From assembly GCF_009914755.1 (NCBI RefSeq), contig NC_060942.1: a DNA stretch of 64,000 nucleotides; one strand, given 5' to 3'. Shown here piece after piece: positions 1-12,435 of the stretch. A program made the translations under genes and the position numbers. The notes below the pieces were generated by a model. That model was not told the DNA's origin. It worked only from the letters and a program-made list of their open reading frames with translations, and ran no database searches. The DNA is from the human T2T-CHM13v2.0 reference genome, Homo sapiens. The stretch's first letter is position 1, and every line of letters starts with the position of its first letter.

Positions 1-479
1 AAGCTTGCCCTCAGAACTTATGTCTTCATTTCGATTAGGACAATTTCATGCCATTCGGTACCACTTTGGAGTGTTCTTTGTGCCCGGTTCAGAGCTTAGA
101 TGCACAGAGGAATAAAAGGGAAAGGGAAGACATGGACTTTATGTGTGAGGTGCTCACAAACACCAGACCCACAGGCATCACACTAAAGAAAGTGTGTGAT
201 AAAGAGCTATTTGTATACATTTTAAATAATGAGTGCTGCAGGTCAGAGGAAGGAGACATCATTTTGGCCTGCGGCAGTCAGGCCTGGCTCATTATACGAG
301 GTGGTGATTGAGTCTGAACTTGAGGAAGAAGTAGGTTGGGAGCAGACTGTGGTTGGTTACATATATATGATGACATGTGTCATCATCCACAATCTGAGTA
401 AATTAGGAATCAGGGCCAGGGCCAGATGGTGAATGCATAAAGAGAGCAGGCAGACATGGAGATGGTTTGATTCGGGTAT

Positions 480-750
480 CCACCCATTCAACAGATATTT
501 ATTGCATGCCCTAGGAGCCAGGGATCCAACACTGGAAAAGATTTAGTTTCTATCACAAAGAAGCTCACATCTTAGTGGGGAACAAGATAGCATTCTAAAT
601 GTGACAAGCATTTAGTTAATTACAAGAAGATATGAGAACTACTATAATGTCATGGAAACATAGAGGAGAAATATCCAAAATAGACTTAGACATAAAGAAA
701 GGCTTTCCACAGGAGTTGATATCTGAGCTGGGAGAACTTGGTGAGTAGGA
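480..750 (-). mobile_element. L2 LINE 3'-end relic
   Basis: cattcaacagatatttattgcatgcc...aagctcacatcttagtgggga resembles the reverse complement of the L2 3' end. Highly diverged; boundaries approximate. Confidence 0.55.
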
Positions 751-1799
751 GGAAGGGCTACAATGATTCAATTACTCTGGCTTCTAAAGGCAAAGAACCA
801 AAAATGATGCAATCAAATCCTTTCTTTAACATAGACACTGTTCTCAGCAAGCTCCTATTCTAAAACTGTTCTCTCCAAAGTGACAGCTGGTCATGACTAG
901 GGGTCTAGGATTAGTCAAACTGCAAACAGCAGTTGGCATACTCTATTCAAGAGCAAGACGTTGTTGTGCACCACTGCAGGCCTTCAAGTCCTTAGGGCAA
1001 AGAAAACCAGCAGCCAACTAACTCATGGCTGATTAACTCAGCATATCAAAGTCATTGGACAGCATCATGGCTAGATACTTTTACATTGTTGGGGGTAGGA
1101 GGCAGGGGAAAGCTCCTAACTTGGGAAAAGCCTGTTCCCTATCCTTGGCTCCAACAAACTGTTTTTCCCCTGAAACTAAAAAGAGACCTCAACCATTGCC
1201 AATTGCCCCTCAAAAATGTGTCTTTGGACATGAGGGGAATATGTGGACAGCATCTATTTCTCAACTGTGGGTTTTAGATTATATGGTGGAAGATAATAAG
1301 GTAAGTTATAATTGTTGCAGAATTGCTTTTCTGCCAGTGAATTCAAAGCATGTCCCTCGCCCTCCACATTATCCCTAGTTCTAAGCTTTACAATCTTTAG
1401 GGTGCCATAGGTAGCTATTGAAATTCTGCTTTGTCCTAAAAAGCAACTCATGACCCTCATCCTTCCTCCTACTGCAACTTCCTCCAACTCTGTTCTGCAT
1501 GATTGTTTCTGGCCCTCCCCAGGGTAGGTCCTATTTCTTCTCCTGATTCACCTAAGCACCCAAAACTCCACCTCCACTAAGATTGTGCTCACCTGGAATC
1601 TTTCACTGTTCCCTGGACCAGTAATACCATTGTGCAATCCTTCCTCAGTATCTGGTGACATCCTGTGTTTGGAATGGCCACTTCTAATGACTAGGAAACG
1701 CAAAGAAGTAATTAGTGAAACAGCAGGGTTTACAGGTTTCTAAAAAATTTTTCTTTTCAGTATTTACTAGCACCCAAAGGGCTTAAACTAAAGCAGCTA

Positions 1800-2402
1800 T
1801 GTTGTCTGGGGTATAAACCCTGGGGTTCATCGTCTCACAGCAGGAAAACATGGACACACATGAGGAATTTAGGAGCAGAGGTTTAATAGGCAGAAGAGAA
1901 GGGGAAGAGAAACAACTCTCTCTCTCTCCACAGAAAGGGGTCTTCTGATTGGAAAAGATGGGCTAGAGATGGGTGCACCAGATTTTATAGTCTGGCTTGA
2001 GGAGGCAGTGTCTGATTTACCTAGGGCTCACAGATTGGTTTTGATCAGGTGTGATGTTTGCATAGTGCTGGGAGGGGAGGGGAAGGCTGATCGCCCCACC
2101 CTAATCTTATTGTGCAAATGAACTCTCCTTGGGCGGCACCATCTTGTTTGCACCTTACTGTACGCATAGCTGGCAGAGAAGGGAGGATGAAGCCACCATC
2201 TTGAACATGTCTAGTCCCTAGTTCCTGCTGGCATTCACCCGTGCAAGCTCCCAGCTTGCTTGTCTCGTCTGCAGCTCGACTTTGTAGGTTGCTCTTTGTT
2301 AGAAAATGATTTGGTCTGCCTTTCCTTTAAGGGAAAAGCCTTACTGAGGACTCTCATACCATTACTATCTGCCTAAGTGAGTCCTTCTTAACTCCTATAT
2401 GA
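1800..2402 (-). mobile_element. ERV1 solo LTR, LTR9/MER61-like
   Basis: The minus strand begins atataggagttaagaag...taggcagatagt...gtcgagctgcagac...aagcaagctgggagcttgcacgggtgaatgcc...aataagattagggtggggcga, matching the recalled LTR9/MER61 consensus. About 600 bp; no clean TSD seen. Confidence 0.75.
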
Positions 2403-3184
2403 AAACCACACTGTGGATTAAACAGGATGCATAATGAAGCCAAGAATGGATGAATGGAAAGTATTCAAGTGAAACTGAGCCAGAAAGTTACAGAGGGCAA
2501 TGATAATTAAAGAAGAAGGAAGGTACATATAATACATGCATTCATATATATGTAATGTTATAAATTATGTATTAAACTCTGTTTTCAGTCACTATTGTGC
2601 AAATGTACATAAGTAACATTTGCCAAAAATGTGTAAAATACGTTCAAAGCAATTATTTATCATAATGTTAAAAGGTTTAATGGTTTTGATGAGTATATTG
2701 TTACAACATGCTGTATACCTCCAATTTCTTAAACACAGTGTGTCTTTTAAAAACAATTATTGCTGTCTACTTTATACAGTTTGCAATTTGCTTCCAGTAT
2801 TAATGAGCTTAGTGCTATGTTTTTGAAATTCATGTGAAAATTTCTAAAGTTTTCTATTTTTTTTTTCTTACTCTGAGGCTACTGGCAGTTCTTTCTGCTT
2901 TGAGTGTGATTTCATTGAGCTACTTTTTCCTTTTAATTTGATGATGGGACTCTGCTTTGGTGTTGGAAAGGTAAATGTTACTTGTAAAGCTGAGTTATAC
3001 AGTAAGTGCCAACAGGCTATAATGAACTGTGCCTAGCAGTCAAGTACCCAGATTTGATACCTGACTTTAACAATTGTTATTTAAACCAGTGAGGTGACTT
3101 TCAGTTGAAATCCAGATTTTAAATTTTACTCTTAAAGTTTTAGGTTGTTATAAGATAGACATTAGAACAATGAATCATTACTAT

Positions 3185-3619
3185 TGTTAAATATAATTTA
3201 TAGGTCTTTGGTCAGACCGAGCTCTTACATGCAGCTCAATAAACCAAACCAAAATGAAGTCACTCACGCTAAAGTTGTACGTTATCAAGTGGGAACTAAA
3301 TTGTTTATCTGACCTTCCAAGCAATCAGGAGAGAGGTAGGTAATAGCCAAATCACCAAACAGGCCAGTTTTAGCCAGCATGATAAGGAAGTCCTTTCTGC
3401 TTTAGTCTTTATAAGAAAAGTAACTTTGAAATAACCAATCCGCTTTCTGTTTTCTGCTTTACTCAGCCCTTTTAGGTCCATAAAACCAAACTTCTCTGCT
3501 CAGCTCATGGGAACACTCATTCTATTTTATAGAATGAGGTGTTGGCCAATTCTAGAATCACAAATAAAAGCCAATTAAAATCTTTAAACTAAATTTTGTT
3601 GTAATTTTGTCTTTTGACA
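3185..3619 (+). mobile_element. ERV1 (MER4-group, MER57/MER93-like) solo LTR, copy 1
   Basis: TG...CA termini, AATAAA near 3563, and a 4-bp TSD CTAT (3181-3184 / 3620-3623). Clearly homologous to 28772-29569. Confidence 0.85.
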
Positions 3620-5759
3620 CTATTTTCAATGTTATAACATGAAGATTTATTGGTTTAAAAGAGATACAAAGTTATAAAATCTAGAGCCAGAAAAACCTGA
3701 GTCTTAATGAGTCATCCATCCTCTTGGAGTTCAATTATCCCCAGATAATAAAATTAAGATGAAACGAGCCAACAGGCAACCTGCTCCAATGATTTAGTGA
3801 TGGGGTTGTGTGGAAGGTATCAGAGAATAGAGTTTTATGTTTCTTTTTCAAATAACTATCCGTTTTCTATTCTGAGGCTTGTGCACTGGTGGGCAAGTTT
3901 AGCTTTGACAATGGAGCCATTTGGGCTTTGTTTATCTTTTCTAAAGCTCTGGAAATGATTGTTGAAACAGAAGTAGTCCAAATAAGAGAAAACTACATCT
4001 TTATACAGTTGTAAAGGTATTAGAGGAGGGTTTTTAAGGAGCAAATCTGGAGCTAGTTTCATCTCAACCAAAGCAAGTACAGAGATATTCCATTCTCCCA
4101 TAATTTTTGGAGTATGGTGGGTTTCCAGATTTGAGGTTACTAGTACAAAATGAGATCTTGGCCCACAAGAAGAGTTGAGCTGCAAAGTTAATACTGCTTC
4201 TGGGAATTATCTGACTTACTTCTGCCCATGACTGCCATACTTTGGAAGTCATCACAATTTCCCAAAAAGAAAGGGTACAGGAGAAAAAAAGAGCAGGGGC
4301 ATTGGGTTTTTAAAAAATATTAAGAACCACATTTCCTTTGCTTCATATAGGACTAAAATCTATTTCTTCTTTCTTACCTTTCATACGTTCTTCTTTTTAA
4401 AAACGATTAAACAAATACAGATAACTGTTAGGTGCTGAGAATATCACCCTGGACAAGACACTCATCATCCTGCCCTTACAGAACTTAGAATTGAGCTCTT
4501 ACTTCCATTTCATTCCACTGTTGAAACGCTGCCCTCAGCCTCATGGTGTCTTACAGAGAGATTTTCACAGAGAATTGCACAAGAGCAGGAAAGAAAAAGT
4601 ACAAGTACTTAATTACCACTGAATTTGATTCTTTTACTTCCTTTTACTTGTTTTACAATCTAAATCACCTGCATTTGCTGAGAAGTTCTTTGGAGAAGGG
4701 GCATAGAAGCAAATGAAGTCATATTCCTTCTTGTAGTTCCAAATCTCACCAGGAAGAGGAGATTCTTCCACATGAAATAAACCATAAACAAAAGGCAGCA
4801 TTTTCATGTAGCCATATTACCTGCTTGATTAGTTCTCAGTACTTTGCTTTTTATTAATTCATACGTTCATTCATGCAATCACTCAATGAACATGAATTGG
4901 GCACCCATTAGAGCTAAGGTATTTAAAACCCAAAATGTTTTGCATGACAGGAACCAGGTCAAGGATAGCAGTGAAGAGCCCCTGCAGACTTCGTAAAATA
5001 CTTCCAGACATTTCAAAACAAAAGTGACCAGTGCCGGTTGCCTAAGCCATCTCACTTCCAAAAGGCCAAGTCTTGTTTAACTTTTATTGTGAGTTGGCAG
5101 TTTTCTTTACCTGCCCCCCTCCACCCCCACCACCTCCTCCTCCTCCCCACTTCCCAAATAAAACACATACAGAATCTCTTAGGCAAATACACCCACCATG
5201 AAATATACAATCAGGTAATTTCTGATCTTGTCCCTAGGCTTGGTTGTTATTAATAGCTTCTGAGGGGCCAATAGGAATCTATAGTTTTATCCTAGGATCT
5301 TCTATTACTGATAATAGTTCTAGAAATGCTTAGGAGAGGGGTAGCAATGTTTAAGTTTTGTGATTTTTTTTTTTTAGCTTGTTGCTTTTTACAACCAAAA
5401 TAAAATAAAGTCTCAGCAAAGTTTATATTAACTTCTAAAAACAGTGCAATCAGTCTACTACATTCTAATCTTTCAATTCTAATTGGACACAAAGAGGTCA
5501 ACAATCAAGCTTTATTTCTTGTTTCTAATTGAATGTAAACTGGTGAGCATGTGCTTTTATTAAATTTCACCCATCAATACTATCTGCCTTCACAGAATCA
5601 CAAATCCAGCTCATTATAGCAGCTCACCTGAAGGAGCCTTAGCACCCATCCATAACTGCAAAGCCAATTACATTCAAGCATCAGCCATGCAGTTTTGCTT
5701 TCAACTTCATAAACTAACACTGAGAAGGCAATGCAAACCCTTGGCATTTTTTGTCTTAG

Positions 5760-6503
5760 TGAAGGTTCTACTCTAAGCCATGGTTCCCATGTAGATCTCC
5801 TAAGTCTGACTTCTCCAGTAATTTTTTCTGTTTCTCTGAATCTTTAAGTCACAGTTTTGAAAACAAAGGCTAACCTGATTAAGCCTTCCAAACTTAATCT
5901 GCCTTGCTTGCTTTTAATTGCTTATTTTTGGTTGATCTTAAAACTAACACTAGCAAGTCACATAGCCAAACAGTGCATAACTAAACTCCCACTAGCTTCC
6001 TTATAGATAACATCTCCAACTGTGGGGTACTATAGTAAACAGTTGCTTCAAGTTGTTTTTCAGGAACTACAGGGCATCTCTTGTCCATTTCAAACTGGTT
6101 GAAGCCACTGACCTTTAACTGGGCCTGGGTGGTTGCCTGAAAAGTGACCTTTTGAAGTCAGAAGACCAAAACCTCCACCCTTAAGTCATGCTTAACACGC
6201 TGCCATTTTCTGCACATGTATCCTATGAAGACCCATGTAGCTCAATTAAGCTTATGCAGAAACCTTGATTACCTCATCTTTCCTACCCACCAATCACCTT
6301 GCCCCACACTTTAGATCACCGCACACTTTAGATCACCCCACTTTCTGTCTCATAAATATCCCCAAGCTCTATTTTTGGGGAGGCAGATTTGAGACTTTTT
6401 TCTCCTGTATAGCAGCCTTGTGAATGAGATATTTTATCTTTTGTAGAACCCATTGTTTCAGTGATTGCTTGTGCATGAGTGGAAGGAAACTGGCTTGGTA
6501 ACA
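5760..6503 (+). mobile_element. ERV1 LTR (MER39/LTR48/LTR49-like)
   Basis: Ends ...ttggtaaca and carries motifs typical of this group (gttgtttttcaggaac, cataaatatccc, ggggaggcagatttgagac). 5' boundary and subfamily uncertain. Internal 16-bp tandem duplication at 6305-6337. Confidence 0.6.
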
Positions 6504-7798
6504 CACTCTCTTCTATTGTAGAAATTACTATTGCCTACCTCTCTTTTGAGCTACTACATAGTAGCATAGTCCCAACTTAATAGCTGCAGTTTAAACAATG
6601 CTTTTCTTCCAGTTGCCCCTTCTAAGAAGTGGAGTCATTAGACTAAGGTGGGGAGGGCAGTTTTATGTGGAGATGGAAAATGGTGGTCAACAAGAGAATG
6701 TTCTCTCTACTGTCTTTGAAATCTTTTCCATAATGACCCTTGTCACAGTCCATCCTTTTGTGGGATTTTTGCAGTGCTTCTATCTCATTTTAGGAGAAGG
6801 CTCTCTGAAGGCAGGGGCTGTTTTACATCTTTTTATGTCTCCCTCCTCTCCTGCCCTAAATTAATCAAATTGCCTTAGACATAGGGGCTAAACAAATGTG
6901 CACTAAATGCTTGGTTTCCAGCTGCCTCCTATCATTTCCTTGCTTGCTGTCCCAAGTTGAGATGTCATAGGAGACCAAGCCCTGCTTGGCGAATGAATTG
7001 TGCTAGAGCACTATTTATTTCTCAGATGCGATTCACACAAGCTCTGGCTGAAAGGCACATAAGTCCTTTGCTTATTATGAATCATTTTGGGGAATGTGCC
7101 TTGTGCCTGAAGAGACAGTGGAGTACTTGTCAATTCACAAGAAAGCCTCAGTTAACCAGGACCCAATGAGCCATAATCCTTAATTAGAATTGTTCGTTCC
7201 CCATTTAAGAAGAAAGAGGCAAAGAATGGAAAACATGCTTACATGGAGGAGCTAGCAAAATACGAGGTAATAAAATTTAACAAAACCAAATTTGTAGATC
7301 ACTGGTAGGAAACAGCTTAGGATCAGCTCCCTCTCCCAAATGATACACATCTTAATCTCTTGCTCTGAACATGATGATTACATCTGTGATTTTTATTAAT
7401 ACAGAAAACAATAGATGATCAAGTCATTTATGACTAAAATGTTTGAAACCCAGATAACATACTGAGGGGCTCCAGACTGATAAATTACAGTATTCTTCAG
7501 AGAAACTCAAAGACCTTAGGAAAAACAAAACAATTAACATGACACTGGTTAGCAAATAAAAGCGTGCTGTGAGGTGTGGTTGATAAAAGAGGCTGTTTAC
7601 CTTAGACCAATGTTCTTTCCCCTGAACCAGAGATGAGGAACTTTTTCACAACTCTTGTGCCTTTTTGAGAAGATGGGAGAAGTAACTACACACTGCCTTC
7701 CCCTTTCTCTTCTCACTGACCCCTCTCCATGGAAAGAAGAGCAGCCAATGAGATGAGTCAGAGTCAGATGCTAGGACTTGACTATAAGCCACAGGTTT

Positions 7799-8437
7799 GA
7801 TTACTAGAAAGGAGTCCTGATCCAGACCCCAAGAGAGGGCTGTTTGATCTTGTGCAAGAAAGAATTCAGGGTAAGTCCATAGAGTAAAGTGAAAACAAGT
7901 TTATTGGGAAAGTAAAGGAATAAAGAATGTCTACTCCATAGGCAGAGGAGGAGCAGGGGCTGCTCAGCTGCTTATAGTTATTGTTACTTCTTGATTATAT
8001 GCTAAACAGGTGTGGATTATTCATGAGGTTTCCAGGAAAGGGGTGGCCAAGTCCCAGAGCTGAGGGTCCCACCCCTTTTTAGCCCATATAGGATAACTTC
8101 CTGACATTGCCATGACATTCATACTGTCATGGTGCTGGTGAGAGCATCTTTTAGCATGCTAATGCATTATAATCAGTGGATAATGAGCAATGAAGACCAC
8201 CAGGGGTCACTTTCATCCTTTCATCACCATCTTGGTTTTGGTGGGTTTTGGCTGGCTTCTTTACTGGAAACTGTTTTATCAGCAAGGTCTTCGTGACCTG
8301 TACCTTGTGCCAACCTCCTATTTCGTCCTGTGATTTAGAATGCCTAACCTCCTGGGAATACAGTCCAATAGGGCTCAGCCTTATTTTAACCAGCCCCTAT
8401 TCAAGATGGAGTCACTCCGGTTCAAACGCCTCTAATA
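7799..8437 (-). mobile_element. MER41B solo LTR (ERV1)
   Basis: The minus strand starts tattagaggcgtttgaaccggagtgactccatcttgaataggggctgg and ends ...ggatcaggactcctttctagtaatc, matching the recalled MER41B consensus. Probable TSD GTTT (7795-7798 / 8438-8441). Confidence 0.9.
8030..8038. promoter_or_regulatory. GAS (STAT) motif TTCCAGGAA within MER41B
   Basis: Fits TTC-N3-GAA at the position of one of the two tandem MER41B GAS sites. Function not demonstrated. Confidence 0.5.
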
Positions 8438-9289
8438 GTTTTACCCTGACTCTGCCTGGGCCCTGCTTGCCTCTTGGATTGGTCATTAGTGCAGTGGGTT
8501 CTCACCTGCTTCCTTCCCTCTTACTGGAGGTTCTCCTCCCTCAGAACATACCTTTAGCCTCCCCATTCATGATTAGTGAGTAAATGAGGTTTATGCAGTC
8601 CTGTGGGCTCAGCTGACTCTACTTAATTGTTAACAGAATTTGATATCCTACTTGAGTCCTCAAACCTTAGCCATTTCTTTTAGCACAGTTTACGACAAAT
8701 CCTACTTGTTAGTCACTGTTTTTACATGATTAATAAAGCCGAAATTTTTAGTCTTGTTTTGGCTAATGATTCTTGTGCCAATTCTTTCCATAGATTAAAA
8801 TTTGGGGAGAACAGAATGGAGTAATTGTCACCTCTAATCACTAAGCCTCAGATATAGTCAAATTTGAATGAACCATTATTTAAGTTAACTTTATTTTTCT
8901 ATCCTAGGCTTCTAAAGAGATGATTGACCTAAAAAAAGCTAAAGTATGGGATTTTAATAAGAAAAATTTCAGAATTAATACATATTTGGCTTAACTTTTA
9001 ATCTCTTAAAGGTGAGAATGAGAAGGGGGGTGTTAGTGGTTTGACAAAAAGGAAAAGGAAGAAAATTCTATATCCATCTTAAAAAGTGGGAGAGTTAATT
9101 CACTAGTGGGTTGTAAGAGGATCTCTGGATAGTACTGAAGGCCCACCTGAAGTGTGTGATCATATTTTTAAAGTGAAACCAGTAAAGAAGTTGATATAAA
9201 ACTTACCAGTAATTACATGACTCTTTCTGCCTTCTCCTTCTTGAAGATATAACGAGTCTTCTGAATTATACCTCTCTCCTACACGTGTG

Positions 9290-9680
9290 TGTTTGTGTAG
9301 TCACCATATACATGTGTAGGTAGCCCTAAACCAAATGTTGCTTAGTTTGCCTGGCTTTGAGCTATAAAATATATTAAATGTGTTCTTCTGTGACTTAATT
9401 TTGTCCCATACTATATTTATTAGCTACATCCATATTGTTGCTTAGGGATGTGACTCATTTATTTCCATTCAGTGTATAGATTTTTATTGTTTTTGCTATT
9501 ACAGAAATGCTGTATGGCCATTCCCATGCAGATCTCTTGGTGTGTGTATGCAATTTCTCTGAGTTATTTACCTAAGAATGAAATTGCTGGCTTATTGAGT
9601 AGACACAAGTTTAAGATAATGCCAAATTTTTTCCCAAATTGGTGGTAGAAATTTTTACTCTCTCCAGTAACGGTTTGTAC
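9290..9680 (-). mobile_element. Old L1 (L1ME-like) 3' fragment
   Basis: catattgttgc..., ttttgctattacagaaatgctg..., tacctaagaatgaaattgctgg are typical antisense L1M 3' motifs. Confidence 0.6.
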
Positions 9681-12435
9681 CAGTTGCTTAGATACAGGCA
9701 CTAAACAGGTGGAAGGATAGGTTCAACCAGATTGAGGATTTCCCCAGTGACTGTGATAGAAGGGGCAAGGGAAATAAGATCTTATCAAGGGAGTGATTAT
9801 ATGTTAAGTTCCATGGAAATTATACTGAGTAGATTATGAAGTAAAGACCTGAGTGAAGGATGGACAAGAAAAGACTGGTATAGGGTCCTTTCACCTTCAC
9901 TGCAGAGTGGTAGGTGGGGAGATACAGTTTCACCCTTGGGCACAGAACCAAATGGAAATCTTAAAATGGAAGCTTTAGACTTCAGCCAAAGGGAGAATGG
10001 AGTATGTAGACAGAATTGGGAGGAGGCAGAAAAAACTTCTTGGACCTATTAAATGCATATTTTTGCTTTTTAGTCAGAAATTTCTGTACTACTTGAAGTA
10101 TGAAAACAGTTAAATATCATGAGTTAAGCTTTTATATTCAGGCATTCGAATGGCCTGAATGAGAGCAAAGGACTATCATTGTGAGTTTAAACCCACTAAG
10201 AATATTTATTTGTACTATGTGCATGAAGCAAGAACAACATCAACATGAAAACAACAAAAAAGGAAAACAAAGAGTGTTCAATTCACTTGGAGAAAGTCAT
10301 TCAGCTCACAGTTTGAAAAATGAAAGTGCAAAACCAGGTCTGTGAACTCTAAGACTGAGGGTCTTACAAGGTTATGTGTCTGGAGTGGTGATTCTTAAGC
10401 ATTTCTGCTATGAACTTCTTGAGAATTCAGAGGAAACTATGGTGTCTCTGCGGAGGACAAGCATAGATTTGTAAAACACTACAATTTGCATTCCATTTCA
10501 GGAAGTTCCACAGCCTCTGAAGCTCCCTCTTTGGATTCCCTCCTGCACCCAGGGCAGAAACATCACAGAGGAAGTTTGTGCAAGTTGTATACTGCAGGGA
10601 GGGTGCAGGCTGGAGAGCAAAGGGATGACAGAAGTCTTCTGGTCCTCCATCTGCCAAGCTAGGCGCAGGTCAGCAACCGTATTCAAAGAAAGAGAAAGAA
10701 GTGCCATTTTCTAATCAATTTACCCAAAGAAGATATATGTTTTTTATTTCTCAAGATGAACTAGCAACAAGCCCAGATTAGACCTCATGTTATTGATGGT
10801 CCTAGTGGTTGATTTAATAATTTTGTGTAATGGCTTCATTTTCAACAAGTTTGTCATTAGAAATTTAGCATATACAGGCCTTTGACTGTCAGCTATATTG
10901 CCATGTGTCAATCCTGTCCCCCTTGGTTATATTTTCAAGTACCTGGAGGCCATGGGTGATTTCTGGACATTGTCTCTTCCCCAGCACACAGTAGTGTCTT
11001 TATAGACTAAGATGCTCAAACAACATTTGATGCTTAATTTTGATTACTGATTAATATATGAAGTAAATCTAAAAGAAACTTTAAAAACAACTGATTGTTT
11101 GACGGAGTGTAGGTGTTTCAAGGTTTTATTTTTAATCTTAGCTGGTTTTTTTTTTTTTTTTTGGAGAAGTTAATGCAGCCCTAGGCTGTAAAGAATGAAA
11201 TTCACCCAGCTCTTGTGTTGCATTAGTGATGTTTCTGCTGTCAGGGGTTGGAAAACAGTAACTTGGAAACTAGAGGGGGTTGTGACCAGCAAGTAGGGCA
11301 GATGGGATTATGTTATTGAAGAGAACCAGAGAGGTTTAATCCAGTTTCCACCAGATGCCGAAACATACTCTAAAAGAGGAATTTTCTTGAGATTGAGAGT
11401 GATGGAAACAGAATCGGAGACACTCAAGGAGATAAATGAGTGGGAGAGATTTATTGATGAAGCATGTGTAGAACTAAATGTGGAAGTTAAAACAGCAGAA
11501 AATGAGGTCCAGGAGAGGAAATTGAGGGAAGAGGCAGCATGTGTCAGGAGAGGAGGAGCTCATGGGGAACATGAAGTAAAAGCAGAGCTGTGGGAAGAAT
11601 CACAGCAGGGAAGGACAGCAGAGCTGGGATGATCTGGCAAATCCGCTCTTCAGGGCACTGGGGATGCAGCCTTGGTCTCTGACACCAGGAGTAAGCTGTG
11701 GGTCAGAAAATTGTCCCTGGGGGAAATATAAACTTATTTATGCTTTTATATAGTTCTATCAAGCCAAATTTCCAAACCTTATAGGTGCCCAGTGGATGTC
11801 CAAATAATTGAATTACTGCAAGAATGGTCCATTTGCAGGTCATTTGAAAGTGGGCTTCAGGGTCCAGAGTTAACTTTGAGACTGAGTGCATGCTGATTCT
11901 CAGATATTTGAAGCAAGTCTTAAATTATAACAACGGCCTGTGAGAGAGTAATTACAATAGAGCCCCAGGAGAGGAAATTGAGGGATATACTCAATACACT
12001 GTGCTCCTATGTAATTTTGTGATTTAGTTTTTATTCAAAGCCTTTTCATCTCCTTTGGCTCCATGGAACTGATACCCTAGGAAGAGCAGTGAGGCATGGC
12101 ACCTACAGGAGTATAGAAGAAAATGTGGACCAGGCTTGGGGTCAGATGAGTACATGGCCCACTATGCTGTTAATTGCAGATTTTTGGTTTCAGTTATTGA
12201 GTGCTGTGTAAAAAATCACTCTGAATCTTCGTGCTTAAAAAACAAAAGCTCACTCATGTGGTTGCAATCAGATGGCAGCTACAATGGTAAGTAGGTCCAA
12301 GATGACCTTGTTCACATTTCTGGGGCCTCAGCACTGGACTTTTATCCTCCTGGGTTCCTTACCATGCACTGACATGGCTCAGCTTTCCTACAGGGTAGCA
12401 GCAGCATCCCCAGAAAATAGAAGTTGCTGCTTCTT

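Noticed and set aside
1-6. AAGCTT at the window start
   Set aside because: Likely the HindIII cloning end of a BAC/PAC insert, not a biological feature.
1087-1660. Possible ancient LTR or exon with a strong donor AAG|GTAAGT at ~1298-1306
   Set aside because: I could not assign a repeat family, find a TSD, or find a convincing upstream acceptor or reading frame.
6305-6337. 16-bp tandem duplication cacactttagatcacc
   Set aside because: An ordinary slippage duplication inside an LTR.
11387-11632. Glu/Arg-rich 81-aa ORF resembling a coiled coil
   Set aside because: A product of purine-rich DNA, probably an old antisense LTR (gagatttattg), with a TTG start.
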